A stretch of DNA of 64,000 bases. Source: Syntrophales bacterium (GTDB lineage Bacteria > Desulfobacterota > Syntrophia > Syntrophales > PHBD01). The notes beneath the pieces are model-generated. The model did not search any database, was not told the origin of the DNA, and saw nothing but the letters and a program-made list of their open reading frames with translations. The number at the start of each line of letters is the position of its first letter. The first letter of the stretch is position 1. Of the stretch, positions 9,168 through 20,872 are shown one piece after another. The stretch spans positions 2,144,001 through 2,208,000 of the forward strand of contig OY764159.1 of assembly GCA_963668175.1 (NCBI GenBank). Direction: 5' to 3'. The position numbers and the translations under genes are program-made.

Positions 9168-9536
9168 ATGCGAGATGAATTTTCTTTCTCTGAAGTCGAA
9201 CGGATTGTTCCGGCTATTAAAAGAAGCACCGCCCAGATGTGGGTCAAGGCTGGGATTATTGTGCCGAAAGAGAATCATGTGGGCCGAGGGGTGTCGCGGG
9301 TTTACTCTTTCGAAAATCTCATTGAGCTTTTTGCAGCTGCGGAATTATCCGGATGTTGGGGGATGGCCACGAAGGGCATAGAATCGCATCTGAAGCGTCC
9401 AAGGTTTAAGAGTGCCGTCAAAGAGAGAGGCGTCTATTGCCGTGTTCGCTATGGTAACGATGCAGACAGCGGCATTACATCGGCTGTGATAATATTCATT
9501 GGAGAAATTGCGGCGGAGATAGAAAGGCGGCTGTAA
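9168..9536 (+). CDS. MerR-type HTH DNA-binding protein
   Basis: FSFSEVERI...RSTAQMWVKAGIIVP...GRGVSRVYSFENL is a MerR-HTH pattern. Confidence 0.7.
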   Translation: MRDEFSFSEVERIVPAIKRSTAQMWVKAGIIVPKENHVGRGVSRVYSFENLIELFAAAELSGCWGMATKGIESHLKRPRFKSAVKERGVYCRVRYGNDADSGITSAVIIFIGEIAAEIERRL

Positions 9537-9667
9537 TATCGGCTCGATTAATTAGTCTTAGAAAAACCTTGACAGTCCCTATATTCCTCTATTAATAGAT
9601 ATACAATCTGCATAGGACGAATGGTTTATTAAAACACAGGCAGAGCAACACGCATTGTCGGCCTGCT

Positions 9668-10243
9668 ATGACATCCGCTTCCGATCAAACCGTTAATACT
9701 GCGCCGGAGTCGCTCACAAGCGATCATTATACAATCTTTCATTTAATCCTCCAGCTCGCTTTTGCCGCGCTGTTATTCTTTTTGAACGAACTCGATAGAA
9801 GGCTGAATCTCTATCTGCTGCTGGTTCCGCTCCTCCTTGTCCCGGCATTAGTAGTGGTGATTATCTGGCTGACCAGCGTCATAACAAACAGCATTAGAAA
9901 GAGGTGGCGTCGTCTCGCTTCCGCCGTCATTGCACCGGTGATCATTTTTTGCCTCATGGCCTCGCTTGCTCACTGGCGGATCGATGCGGATTGGGTACGC
10001 TTTCAGGCAAACCATCGACACTATGAAAAATCGGTACAGTTCCTCAAGGGGCCGCACCCCAGACATGTTACGTGGGATTGGGGCCATACCGGAGGCGCGG
10101 CGGTCGTCTGCATTGATTACGAACTCCACTACGACGAATCCGATTTAACAAAGCTCCGAGATGGAGAGAGGAAAGGGGGCGGTATCATCAGAGTCCGCGA
10201 TTTCGGAAACCACTTCTACCTCGTTACCGCCGTCTATCAATAG
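9668..10243 (+). CDS. Hypothetical membrane protein (about 3 TM plus soluble C-terminal domain)
   Basis: Three hydrophobic segments in the N-terminal half. 191-aa ORF. Confidence 0.7.
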   Translation: MTSASDQTVNTAPESLTSDHYTIFHLILQLAFAALLFFLNELDRRLNLYLLLVPLLLVPALVVVIIWLTSVITNSIRKRWRRLASAVIAPVIIFCLMASLAHWRIDADWVRFQANHRHYEKSVQFLKGPHPRHVTWDWGHTGGAAVVCIDYELHYDESDLTKLRDGERKGGGIIRVRDFGNHFYLVTAVYQ

Positions 10244-10325
10244 AATCCCGTCATATTCCGGGGACGGTATGTTTCCGGGGGAACCATCCCCCGGCCAGAG
10301 AATGCGTTACGTATTTTTCGATTTC

Positions 10326-11237
10326 TTATTTATGAAATAATTCAAATCTCCGCAAATGAAGATTGAGACTTCTCGCAAATCCATCGAGACCTGGAAACAA
10401 GGTCGACGGATTGACATTCATTTCATGAAGGTCATATAACGCTTCTTTATGAATATCTCTTGATATGACTATTTTCAATATCGCAACATCTCGGAAATCA
10501 AACTCTTCTAATCGGGCCGTCTCAATTTGCGTCGCATCGGCGCTTGATAATTCATCAAAAGTTATCTCAAATGCAGCGCATAGATTCTTTTCGAAGGACG
10601 ACTGTCTATTGCATGGGAATAAAAAAATACCCTGTTGCATCCAGAGACGAGTATGTTGGAGGAAAGGGTCGATTAACAAGACAGAGTTTTCACTCTCTTC
10701 TTTTGAATTCAGGCATTCGTTTGCCCTGTCTTTGTGCGCTTTGACTATTTCTCTGTATGGATGAGAGTATGGCGACATGCCGCCAATTTCTACCGAATCT
10801 ATAAGCATGTTTATGTTAATGGCCCAAACGGCCGAATCGTCCGTTGAATTTTCCATAGCAAAGAACGCTGCTATAAAGAAGGAATCCGTAAAATCCAAGA
10901 GCCTCGTACTCCCGCCGTAGTGCTGCAAGAAAGATAGCCATTCGATGCTGTTATTTAATTCCGGAAGTTTATGCTCGAAGAGATGAGCTCGACGTTGAAA
11001 TTCGCTAAGCATATACAATTCTGTATTTTGATAGTGGTATTTAGTGCATTGGTATTGCTCGGCGTCTCTCTCGAATCTCGTTGATAAAGGCCACTCTTTA
11101 TCTCCCTGGCCACGAAATGCCCAAATAGGAGCCCCGGCTTTCATGCACGAGAGAAGCTTTCCTCGGTCATTCCAGGAGTCAATTGCTATTTCACAAAATT
11201 TATGTGAATCCGTCTTCAAATGATTTCCCTTAGCCAA
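10326..11237 (-). CDS. FRG domain-containing protein
   Basis: WAFRGQ, LQHYGGSTRLLDFT and RLWMQQGIF motifs, ending in STLFPGLDGFAR. AT-rich. Confidence 0.9.
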   Translation of the reverse strand: MAKGNHLKTDSHKFCEIAIDSWNDRGKLLSCMKAGAPIWAFRGQGDKEWPLSTRFERDAEQYQCTKYHYQNTELYMLSEFQRRAHLFEHKLPELNNSIEWLSFLQHYGGSTRLLDFTDSFFIAAFFAMENSTDDSAVWAININMLIDSVEIGGMSPYSHPYREIVKAHKDRANECLNSKEESENSVLLIDPFLQHTRLWMQQGIFLFPCNRQSSFEKNLCAAFEITFDELSSADATQIETARLEEFDFRDVAILKIVISRDIHKEALYDLHEMNVNPSTLFPGLDGFARSLNLHLRRFELFHK

Positions 11238-11333
11238 GGATATTTCTTAACGACGCAATTTATCCGCTTGTTGGATGAATTCCTGTGAAACCATTCGGAA
11301 TGATGTAGAAGGCAACAACCCGCGCAATCCGCT

Positions 11334-11789
11334 TCAGCCCGGGAACCAGAGCATCTTGAGTTTGACGATGCCTTCCATACCGCGCGCAAGCGCGATGCAG
11401 AAGATTCCCCATGCGAAGAAAGCGAGTTGAAATTTGAACCTGCGGCTGAACTTGATTTCCAGCTCCGCGAAGATCGTGTTCAGCCTGTCGATGCCTTCGA
11501 CGGCGGTCAGCAGCGTATCGGGCGGGATGTTCTTCTGTTCCAGGATCGTTCTGGCCCTGTCCGCCTCCCATGCCCGGAAGAAGAGGTGCTGGACGTTCCA
11601 GGCGTTCATGACCGCAATGACCAGCGACAAGAGAAGCAGGAGCCATCCCGCAAGCTCGAGCAGGAGGCCGTACTTGCCGAGGCTTCCGAACTTGGCCGTC
11701 TGCACCACGGCCCCGAGGAGCGCCACGACGATGCCGATAAAGACGTGGTGGAACTTTTGCTGCGATTCGATGTTCTTGATGTCCGCCAT
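11334..11789 (-). CDS. Hypothetical membrane protein
   Basis: 151 aa with three hydrophobic helices and host-like codon usage. Confidence 0.7.
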   Translation of the reverse strand: MADIKNIESQQKFHHVFIGIVVALLGAVVQTAKFGSLGKYGLLLELAGWLLLLLSLVIAVMNAWNVQHLFFRAWEADRARTILEQKNIPPDTLLTAVEGIDRLNTIFAELEIKFSRRFKFQLAFFAWGIFCIALARGMEGIVKLKMLWFPG

Positions 11790-12618
11790 CTGTGCTCCGG
11801 ACGAATACCGTATTTGCCGTTTTTCCCGTCGGCGGCGGGGCAGGTGTCAGCGCGCCGTTCTTTCGGGAGCAGGAAAGCGCGGACCGGCCCCCGTGAAAAA
11901 TACCGGGCGGCGCGTTCGCGGCATGCCGCGGCCGATGCGGCCCGCCCCGCTTTACCGTTCCTCAAGGCGACGATGATCGAAGGACTCCTCTTTCTTGCCA
12001 CGATCGCCGCCAACATGTCAATACGAATCAGAAAAAAAGACGGTCCCGCGGACAGCCTTCCCGCCGGCTGCCGTGTATCGGTATAATGATACGACCCCGC
12101 GGCCGCCCGCACCCGCAAGTTGTCATTTTCAAAGGACAACACCCATTTTCCGCAGAAGGCGGTCCGCCGGCGGACGCTGCCGCCGGGGATGCCTTCGCGG
12201 CGCCGCCGGTTACATATATGGAACACTGCCGGCGCAGCCGGGCGCGGTTGCGGCAGCCGTTCCCGGAAACGGCGCGAGGGTCTTTTCCTGCCGGGGTTTC
12301 CCGCCCGGAGCGCATTTTTACCGCCCCGGCGTCCGGCCGGGCCGGGGAAAGGTTTTCCGCTCCGGCTTCGCCGGGCGGGTTCGTGGTTCTGCGGCGATTT
12401 GCGCGGCAAGTCCCCGATGCGCCGCATCATTCCCTTTGACTTATGAAAATGGCCTGTCTTATACTCCGGGTGCCGGGTGGTGTCGTCTTCTCATAAAGCA
12501 GCCGCCTGAAACACGAAGCGGGCAGGGCGGCCGGCCGCCGGGCCGGGTCGCGCCGGGATTGCCGCCGCGCGGCGGTCGAACAAATCATTTCGGAACAAGA
12601 CAATACGGGAGGCAGGCT

Positions 12619-12858
12619 ATGGACGTTCGGGACATGAAGGGCGATCCGTCGATGTGGGAAAGGCTCGCGTGGGCGGATCTCAGCCCCAGGGAAAGGGAGC
12701 TGTGGACCGTCCTCGGCTGGCGGGAATCGAAGTGGGACCGGAACGACCCGCCCCCCAGCGCGGGCAAGGATTGGATAAACCTGAGCTTCGACGAGCAGTA
12801 TGCGGCGGCCGAACTCGGCTTCACCAATTCCCTGTGGGACAGCTTTGAAGACCAGTAG
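12619..12858 (+). CDS. Small Trp-rich hypothetical protein with an internal two-fold repeat
   Basis: GGGAGG RBS, ATG at 12619. WADLSPRERELWTVLGWRESKWD and WINLSFDEQYAAAELGFTNSLWD. Confidence 0.75.
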   Translation: MDVRDMKGDPSMWERLAWADLSPRERELWTVLGWRESKWDRNDPPPSAGKDWINLSFDEQYAAAELGFTNSLWDSFEDQ

Positions 12859-12876
12859 CGCCGCCGGGGAACCGAC

Positions 12877-13533
12877 ATGAAGCTCTTCGTCATCAGCGAC
12901 ATCCACGGGGCGACGAGGCCCGTCGAAAGCGCCGCCGCGCTCATCCGCGACGCCGACGCCGTCGTCGTCGCCGGGGACATCACGCGCGGCAGAACGCGGG
13001 CCGAGGCGGCGGACGTCATCGCCTGCATCGAGCAGTTCTCGACGCGCATCCTCGCCGTCCACGGCAACTGGGACAGGCGGGAGGTCGGGGACCTCCTGGA
13101 AGAGAAGGGCTACTCCCTGCACGGGACGGGCCGGGTCCTGGACGGGACGGGGTTCTTCGGCGCCGGAGGGTCGTCGCCGACGCCCATGGGCACGGCCACG
13201 GAATACACGGAGGAGGAAATCGCCCGGATTTTGGCGGCGGGATACGAATGCGTGAAGGAGGCCCCCCGCGCCGTCCTGATCTCCCATGGTCCGCCGCGCG
13301 GCGTCCGGGACCGGACCTACCTCGGAATGCGGGGCGGCAGCCGCAGCGTCCGGGCTTTTCTCGAAACCAACCCGATAAGCCTCTGCCTCTGCGGCCACAT
13401 CCACGAGGCGCACGGCCTCGAACGTTTTCACGATACGCTGGTCGCCAATGCGGGGAGCTTCAAGCGGGGACGCTATATTTCCGTCGACATCGGCGCGGAT
13501 ATATCGGCGACGCCCGGCCGCGTCGAAACCTGA
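12877..13533 (+). CDS. Metallophosphoesterase (calcineurin-like/Icc family)
   Basis: SDIHG, AGDI, HGNWD, SHGPP and CGHIHE motifs. Confidence 0.92.
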   Translation: MKLFVISDIHGATRPVESAAALIRDADAVVVAGDITRGRTRAEAADVIACIEQFSTRILAVHGNWDRREVGDLLEEKGYSLHGTGRVLDGTGFFGAGGSSPTPMGTATEYTEEEIARILAAGYECVKEAPRAVLISHGPPRGVRDRTYLGMRGGSRSVRAFLETNPISLCLCGHIHEAHGLERFHDTLVANAGSFKRGRYISVDIGADISATPGRVET

Positions 13534-13660
13534 TTCGCCGCCCGCCGAAGCGCCGCCGGCGACAGGCGCGGAGACGATTGCAAACCGCGGCTTCTTTCTG
13601 TACGCAATAACAATGATTTCTTCATCGATATGCAATCTTTCGATTGTTCATCTGCAATTG

Positions 13661-13698
13661 AAAAAAGAAAGGCAGAGCCCGCAGACCCTGCCTTCTTC
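13661..13698. terminator. Probable bidirectional intrinsic terminator
   Basis: AAGGCAG...CTGCCTT stem with an A-rich left flank, between convergent genes. Confidence 0.55.
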
Positions 13699-13741
13699 AA
13701 AGAGAAAAAAAATGGTTACTGTAAAATCTGTTTAATCAAGA

Positions 13742-14692
13742 TTATTTTCCGAACTTCCTTCTTGCGCGCCTCCTGCAGGGGGCAACCGCAACACCTGCCA
13801 AGCCGAAACCAAGAAGCAGCATGGTACCCGGTTCAGGAACGGGTGTCGAACTCTGCATGTTCCCAATGAATCCATGGACATTTTGTTCGGCATCTTGGTA
13901 ATATCCCACGATCTGGCCGTTGTCGTTGATGCCGGTAAGAAAGGTGCCGCCCACACCATCCGGGTTGTCAATGATCGTGCAATCCGAATCACTGCAAAGG
14001 AACCCGTGCGTGATTCCGTCTTGATAGAAATACCCGACGATTTGCATTGAATTGTTGATTCCCGTTGCGTACGTTTCGACCGCTCCCGGATATTGGACTG
14101 CCCGGACCACTGTTTTAGTCGGCCAGGAATAGATTCTGCTTATCTCCAGCAAACCGTTGTAAACCGCAATGTCGCCTTTGTTATTAATTGCATAAGCGAG
14201 TACATTGTCTTGTATGTGCCATATTTTTGCCTCGGTGGTATTGTAAAGGAAAGCATACTGGCTCAATATTCCCGTGTAATATCCGACAATGTCGCCGTTG
14301 TCGTTGATTCCGGAAGGCCTCATCGAAAAATTACCATAGTAGATCCATCTCAACTCCGTTCCGTCAGTGCTGCGAACGAAACCGTCCGTGTGGTCATTTT
14401 TTATTCCTGTACCGACAATCTGACCGCTATTATTGATGCCCGTCAAAAAGGTGTTGCCATCGCCGACCTTAACAGTCGTGTAAGTCCCTCCACTGTCTCG
14501 CACGAAACCAGAGTACCCTTCGCCCGGGACTGCAAAACTGCCGACGACCTCGCCGGAATTATTGATCCCATTTGCGTAGGTAAGAGTAGCGCCCGGAACA
14601 TCGATAGCGGTAAACGTATAGTCGGCATGAGCTACATTAAATCCTATGACTAAAAAAAGCGTTGGGAGTAATGCTGCAAAAGCCTTTTTCAT
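13742..14692 (-). CDS. PEP-CTERM surface protein with HAF-like extracellular repeats
   Basis: Signal peptide. Repeated GINNSG(E/Q)(V/I)VG motifs. C-terminal VPEPGTMLLLGFGLAGVAV plus basic tail. Confidence 0.9.
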   Translation of the reverse strand: MKKAFAALLPTLFLVIGFNVAHADYTFTAIDVPGATLTYANGINNSGEVVGSFAVPGEGYSGFVRDSGGTYTTVKVGDGNTFLTGINNSGQIVGTGIKNDHTDGFVRSTDGTELRWIYYGNFSMRPSGINDNGDIVGYYTGILSQYAFLYNTTEAKIWHIQDNVLAYAINNKGDIAVYNGLLEISRIYSWPTKTVVRAVQYPGAVETYATGINNSMQIVGYFYQDGITHGFLCSDSDCTIIDNPDGVGGTFLTGINDNGQIVGYYQDAEQNVHGFIGNMQSSTPVPEPGTMLLLGFGLAGVAVAPCRRRARRKFGK

Positions 14693-14726
14693 TTCAAATC
14701 TCCTAAGGCAAATGGTTATTGTGAAT

Positions 14727-14861
14727 TTACTTCCTGAACTTCCTCCTCGCGCGCCCCCGTGCAGGGGGCAACCGCAACGCCTGCTAAGCCGAGGCCAAGA
14801 ATGAGCGTAGTGGTGGGTTCGGGGACAGAAGAGGGATCGACAAAAGTCCGGATTTTCTCAT
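14727..14861 (-). pseudogene. Internally deleted PEP-CTERM gene remnant
   Basis: RBS and MRKSGLLSIPLL start are joined out of frame to VPEPTTTLILGLGLAGVAVA. The ARRKFRK-stop tail is frameshifted again. Confidence 0.75.
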
Positions 14862-14893
14862 ATCCCCCTCTTATTTTATTTTCCCGAATCGTC

Positions 14894-15087
14894 GCAAATT
14901 GCATACCAAGATGATAAGCAGCTGTATTCATGAATTAATTCCCATGGCCTCAGGTTTCCGATCTTCATTAAATGTAAAGAAATGTTACACAAATATTCGC
15001 TGAGAGTACATGGTATAGGTATAGTATAATATTATCCACAGGTTGAATGGCTGGAATCTTCTGGGTAGATTGTCGGAATTATTTACA
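14894..15087 (-). promoter_or_regulatory. Sigma-54 promoter with two TGT-N11-ACA enhancer boxes
   Basis: TGGTATGCAATTTGC (GG-N10-GC, 14894-14908 on -). TGTAAAGAAATGTTACA at 14973-14989. TGTCGGAATTATTTACA at 15071-15087. Confidence 0.7.
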
Positions 15088-15808
15088 CCAGGCCGTGGGG
15101 CCACTGGGATATCGAAGCGTATGCGCAGTTATCAGTGACCGTCTTTCAGACGGTTATCGATAATCTTCGAATGAACACGAATGAGAAGATAGTAGGTGTA
15201 AGCGACGGGCAAGGCAGAGCCTGTCCTGACGGGGGCTGCAATGTCGCGTATCGGCCGGGGCGATGAATGCGGTTGTCGTCGTCGCCCGCCTTCCGGCGGC
15301 GTTAAACGGGATTTCGGCGGTGCGGGAGGTCTTGTCGGAAGCGGATTGACGGGAATAACCCGCCCCGGGTTCCGGCTGATGTCTGAAATGCGATCTGTCA
15401 ATATCTGCGCGGTTCCGTGCCGAAGTCCCCATGTCCGGGAAGGGGCGCTTTCCCGATAGTTTCATTATTACGGATAGATGGCCTGATAGTCGTCTGGCCG
15501 GCTGTTTTAAGCCGGCCGTCTGCACAAAATCGATGCGGAAAAGCAGTACGAAAGTCAGCCTGACAATAGTATTCTCTGGATTATTATCGGCATCGATTTA
15601 TCAGCGATGTTCAAAAAAAATGTCCGGAAGTCTTTACATAATAGGTAAATAATGATATATACCATAGTTATATATTGACTGATAAATGTACCTGATCTCC
15701 GCCCGCTACAACCGACCTGAGTAACATACGGGATCGGGACAGATGTGATAAGCGGTATCTGTTTAAAATTGTTCGATTAATGATAAATTGCCCGTTTCAT
15801 GCTCAGCC

Positions 15809-15823
15809 TGGCATGAATAAAGC
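15809..15823 (+). promoter_or_regulatory. Candidate sigma-54 promoter of PEP-CTERM gene 15863
   Basis: TGGCATGAATAAAGC (GG-N10-GC). TGT-N12-ACA box at 15621-15638. Confidence 0.55.
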
Positions 15824-15862
15824 GGCCTTTCGCAGTCAATCATTAGCTGATGAGGAGGAATA

Positions 15863-16483
15863 ATGAAAAAGATCTTACTGACACTCTGCATGACATTCAT
15901 TCTTTTTACGGCTCCGGTCCAGGCGGCCAATGTCACCCTGATCGACCAGGGTGCGACATGGAACTATTCGGTTCTTAGCACGGACCTGTGGTCCAATTGG
16001 TCGGCGGCCGGATACGCATCGTTCAACTGGGCCGATGCCGCGTGGTCGACCGGTAACGCCGCGTTCGGCAACGCCTCATTTACGTTGCCCTATCAGACTT
16101 ATTGGGGGGCAAATACCGATCTGGCGCTTCAGAAAGTTTTCACCATCAACGGTACGCTTTCCGGGCCTTTAACGCTTAACGTCGCCGCCGATAACGGGTT
16201 CATCGTCTTCATCAACGGTCACGAGGTAGCCAAACGGAATGCGGAAGGAATTACCAATTACTGGCAATATACGTTGCAGCTTTCTTCACTCGATTTCATC
16301 GCTCCGGGCAGCAATACCATTCAGGTGCTGGCGGAAGATCACGGCATCATGACGTTCTTTGACTTGAAATTGACGGGAAACGTCGACCCTGTCCTTAACC
16401 CTGTTCCAGAGCCCGTTACGATTCTGCTGCTCGGCCTCGGACTGACAGGTGTCGCTGTTGCAAGGAGAAAATGCAACCGATAG
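15863..16483 (+). CDS. PEP-CTERM surface protein
   Basis: GAGGAGG RBS. Signal peptide. C-terminal VPEPVTILLLGLGLTGVAVARRK. Confidence 0.9.
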   Translation: MKKILLTLCMTFILFTAPVQAANVTLIDQGATWNYSVLSTDLWSNWSAAGYASFNWADAAWSTGNAAFGNASFTLPYQTYWGANTDLALQKVFTINGTLSGPLTLNVAADNGFIVFINGHEVAKRNAEGITNYWQYTLQLSSLDFIAPGSNTIQVLAEDHGIMTFFDLKLTGNVDPVLNPVPEPVTILLLGLGLTGVAVARRKCNR

Positions 16484-16508
16484 ATTTTTGTCTGGAGAGC
16501 ATAATCAG

Positions 16509-16540
16509 AAGGCAGCGTCTATAGACGCTGCCTTTTTTTA
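16509..16540 (+). terminator. Intrinsic terminator
   Basis: AAGGCAGCGTCT-AT-AGACGCTGCCTT followed by a T-tract. Confidence 0.8.
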
Positions 16541-16798
16541 TTTGAACACAAACTTCATTGTCGAAGCCTTCGGTTGCTGCTTTTCGGCTAGTCGTTCCCG
16601 CCGCCGCGGCGCCTTCCGTCTTTACAAAAGTTATTGGTCTTCTCCCCGACAGCCGGTCGTGGATTATCCCATGAAACGTGCTCGCAGCCGGAATGACCGA
16701 ACCGTCCGGCGGACGGCATGTGGTCGCCGCCGGACGGGCTGCTGAAGAACCTTGATCCTGCGCCTTCCCGGAAGCCCGCGAAGGCGACTATGCCGCAA

Positions 16799-19036
<2,238 letters not shown>

Positions 19037-19311
19037 CTATGAGCAGCCGCGTTTCGCCGCCCGTCCGGTTAAGCATCCGTCGCTTTTGCCGGTCGTGTTA
19101 TCGCGTTTATACAAGTCCGCTTTGCTTCATCTCCTGAATCGTCGGCATTTTCGCCTTCGCAGCCTGTCGGGAATGATTCCGTCTGATATAAACATCCGCT
19201 TTTAGATATTATCACCGATACGTAATGGACCCGGCGGATGAAGGCAATGAGCAATAATCGAGAGAGGAATAAGAGGTGCATCCTCCCCCTCCGCCGCCGG
19301 TCACGGCCTTC

Positions 19312-19334
19312 TTATTCGGAATCATTCCAGATAA
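19312..19334. promoter_or_regulatory. Candidate Fur/PerR-family operator upstream of katG
   Basis: TTATTCGGAATCATTCCAGATAA. Similar boxes at 19847-19869 and 19168-19181. Confidence 0.6.
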
Positions 19335-19384
19335 CAAACCAAAAAAAATGACATGAAAACAAACCCGTTCCTGAAAGCATCGAA

Positions 19385-19834
19385 CTAATTGCCGCCGCCA
19401 AGCTTCCTTCCTTTGCCTTTCGCGCAATCTCCGCATCGGCCGTAATACTCGAGCCTGTTGCCGGTGATTGTGAAGCCCGTGTTTTTGGCCACCTCCCTCC
19501 GATCGAGGGAAACGGGGGCGTCGTAGTCGACGATCTTTCCGCACGCTTCGCAGATGAGGTTGAAGTGCTCTTCGAGGTTCGCCTCGCAGCGGTTCTCGCT
19601 GCCGTCGAACTCAAGCGATTTGATGATGCCGTGCCGGCACAACTCTTTGATGTTTTCGTAGACCGACGACAGGCTTAATCCGGCGCCCTTCTTTCTCGCT
19701 TCGTCGTAAATGAAGCGCGCGCCGGGATGGAGGTGCCCCTTCTTCACCAGCACGTCGACGATGGCGAGCCTCTGCGGGGTGATTCTCAATCCTTTATCTC
19801 TCAGCCTGCGGACGATGGATTCTTTGGTCATCAT
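19385..19834 (-). CDS. Fur-family transcriptional regulator (PerR-like, next to katG)
   Basis: LRITPQRLAI, HP.A..IY and SLSSVY motifs. CEAC and CGDC zinc ligands. Confidence 0.9.
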   Translation of the reverse strand: MMTKESIVRRLRDKGLRITPQRLAIVDVLVKKGHLHPGARFIYDEARKKGAGLSLSSVYENIKELCRHGIIKSLEFDGSENRCEANLEEHFNLICEACGKIVDYDAPVSLDRREVAKNTGFTITGNRLEYYGRCGDCAKGKGRKLGGGN

Positions 19835-19846
19835 AGCGTATTCATC

Positions 19847-19869
19847 TTATTCGGAACCATTCCGAATTA
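19847..19869. promoter_or_regulatory. Candidate autoregulatory operator of the Fur-family gene
   Basis: ATTCGGAACCATTCCGAAT, a near-perfect 9-1-9 palindrome, inside this box 13 bp upstream of the start. Confidence 0.6.
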
Positions 19870-20128
19870 CGTTTTAATGTAAACATTGCTTCATCGGCTG
19901 TCAAGGCGTTTTATTGTTCATATGGAAAGTGATCACGAGAACGCGGCGTCATGCCGCACGGACGGGAATATGAACGGAAACGACACGCTGACAGGGGACA
20001 TATGCGAAACGGAATGCGGCTCATGTCGCGCCGCTGACGGCAAGACGAAGTTCGGATGCAGAGGCGTTTAGCGCTCCACACCGGATTTGAAGGTCCGCCA
20101 TGAAAGGCTGTCCGGTTCTGACGGCATT

Positions 20129-20163
20129 AAAAAAAGGCAGAGGCGCTTCCGCCCCTGCCTTCT
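20129..20163 (-). terminator. Intrinsic terminator of the PEP-CTERM gene
   Basis: AAGGCAGAGGCG...CGCCCCTGCCTT stem with a T-tract on the - strand. Confidence 0.65.
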
Positions 20164-20188
20164 CCATATTCAAAATCCGAATGGATAT

Positions 20189-20872
20189 TTATTTCCGAAA
20201 TCTCTTCCTGGCAACCGCAACGCCGGCCAGACCCAGACCGAGGAGCAGCATTGTCGCGGGCTCAGGTGCCGGTACGATGGAGATGTCATCGATATATTGG
20301 GTCAGCGAACGGCATTCCGCAGCGTCTCGTGTAATTAAGATGTCGATGGTGTGTTGCCCTGCGGACACAAAAGCGTCGAAATCCAACTCGCCGCGCTGTA
20401 CGGTTCCGGCAACGATTGAGCCGACAGAGAAGGTGTCGAGAAGTATGCCGTCCAGCAGAAGGGAAAATGTTCCGCCATCCAAATTGTAGCCGCCGTAGAG
20501 CGTGGAATTATTGACCGCCACGTTGGCATGCAGGGATATCCACCCTCCGGAAAAATTCACGGACTGCCTGATGCCGCCGCCCTCGGTTGGCATGGGGCAA
20601 TAATATCCGGGAACTGAACAGGGGGCTATGTGGTATCCCACGCTCACGGCCAGGGCCGGAGAACTGACGCCGGAGCCGGCAACGTCAAAATTTGATACGG
20701 TTGGGAGGTTTGTTCCCAGAGTGCCATTGGTTGTGGTATAGGTCGTCCACGGATCCAGATTGCCCGTCTCAAAATCCCCGTTGACGAGCGCTGCTTGTGC
20801 GGTGCCTAAAGAAAGAACAATCATCAACAGAACGAGGCCAACTTGTCTTAGAAACACATCGCGTCGATTCAT
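20189..20872 (-). CDS. PEP-CTERM surface protein
   Basis: Signal peptide. LVNGDFETG motif. C-terminal APEPATMLLLGLGLAGVAVARKRFRK. Confidence 0.9.
   Translation of the reverse strand: MNRRDVFLRQVGLVLLMIVLSLGTAQAALVNGDFETGNLDPWTTYTTTNGTLGTNLPTVSNFDVAGSGVSSPALAVSVGYHIAPCSVPGYYCPMPTEGGGIRQSVNFSGGWISLHANVAVNNSTLYGGYNLDGGTFSLLLDGILLDTFSVGSIVAGTVQRGELDFDAFVSAGQHTIDILITRDAAECRSLTQYIDDISIVPAPEPATMLLLGLGLAGVAVARKRFRK

Noticed and set aside
2..9536. Prophage lysis or tail module
   Set aside because: No holin, capsid, terminase or tail genes are visible, and pairing with secreted partners fits effector/immunity better. Not fully excluded, because the locus extends beyond the window.
11790..12610. Possible ncRNA or genes in a GC-rich hairpin-rich intergenic region
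   Set aside because: I recognised no riboswitch or RNA family. The ORFs are Arg/Pro/Gly-rich noise.
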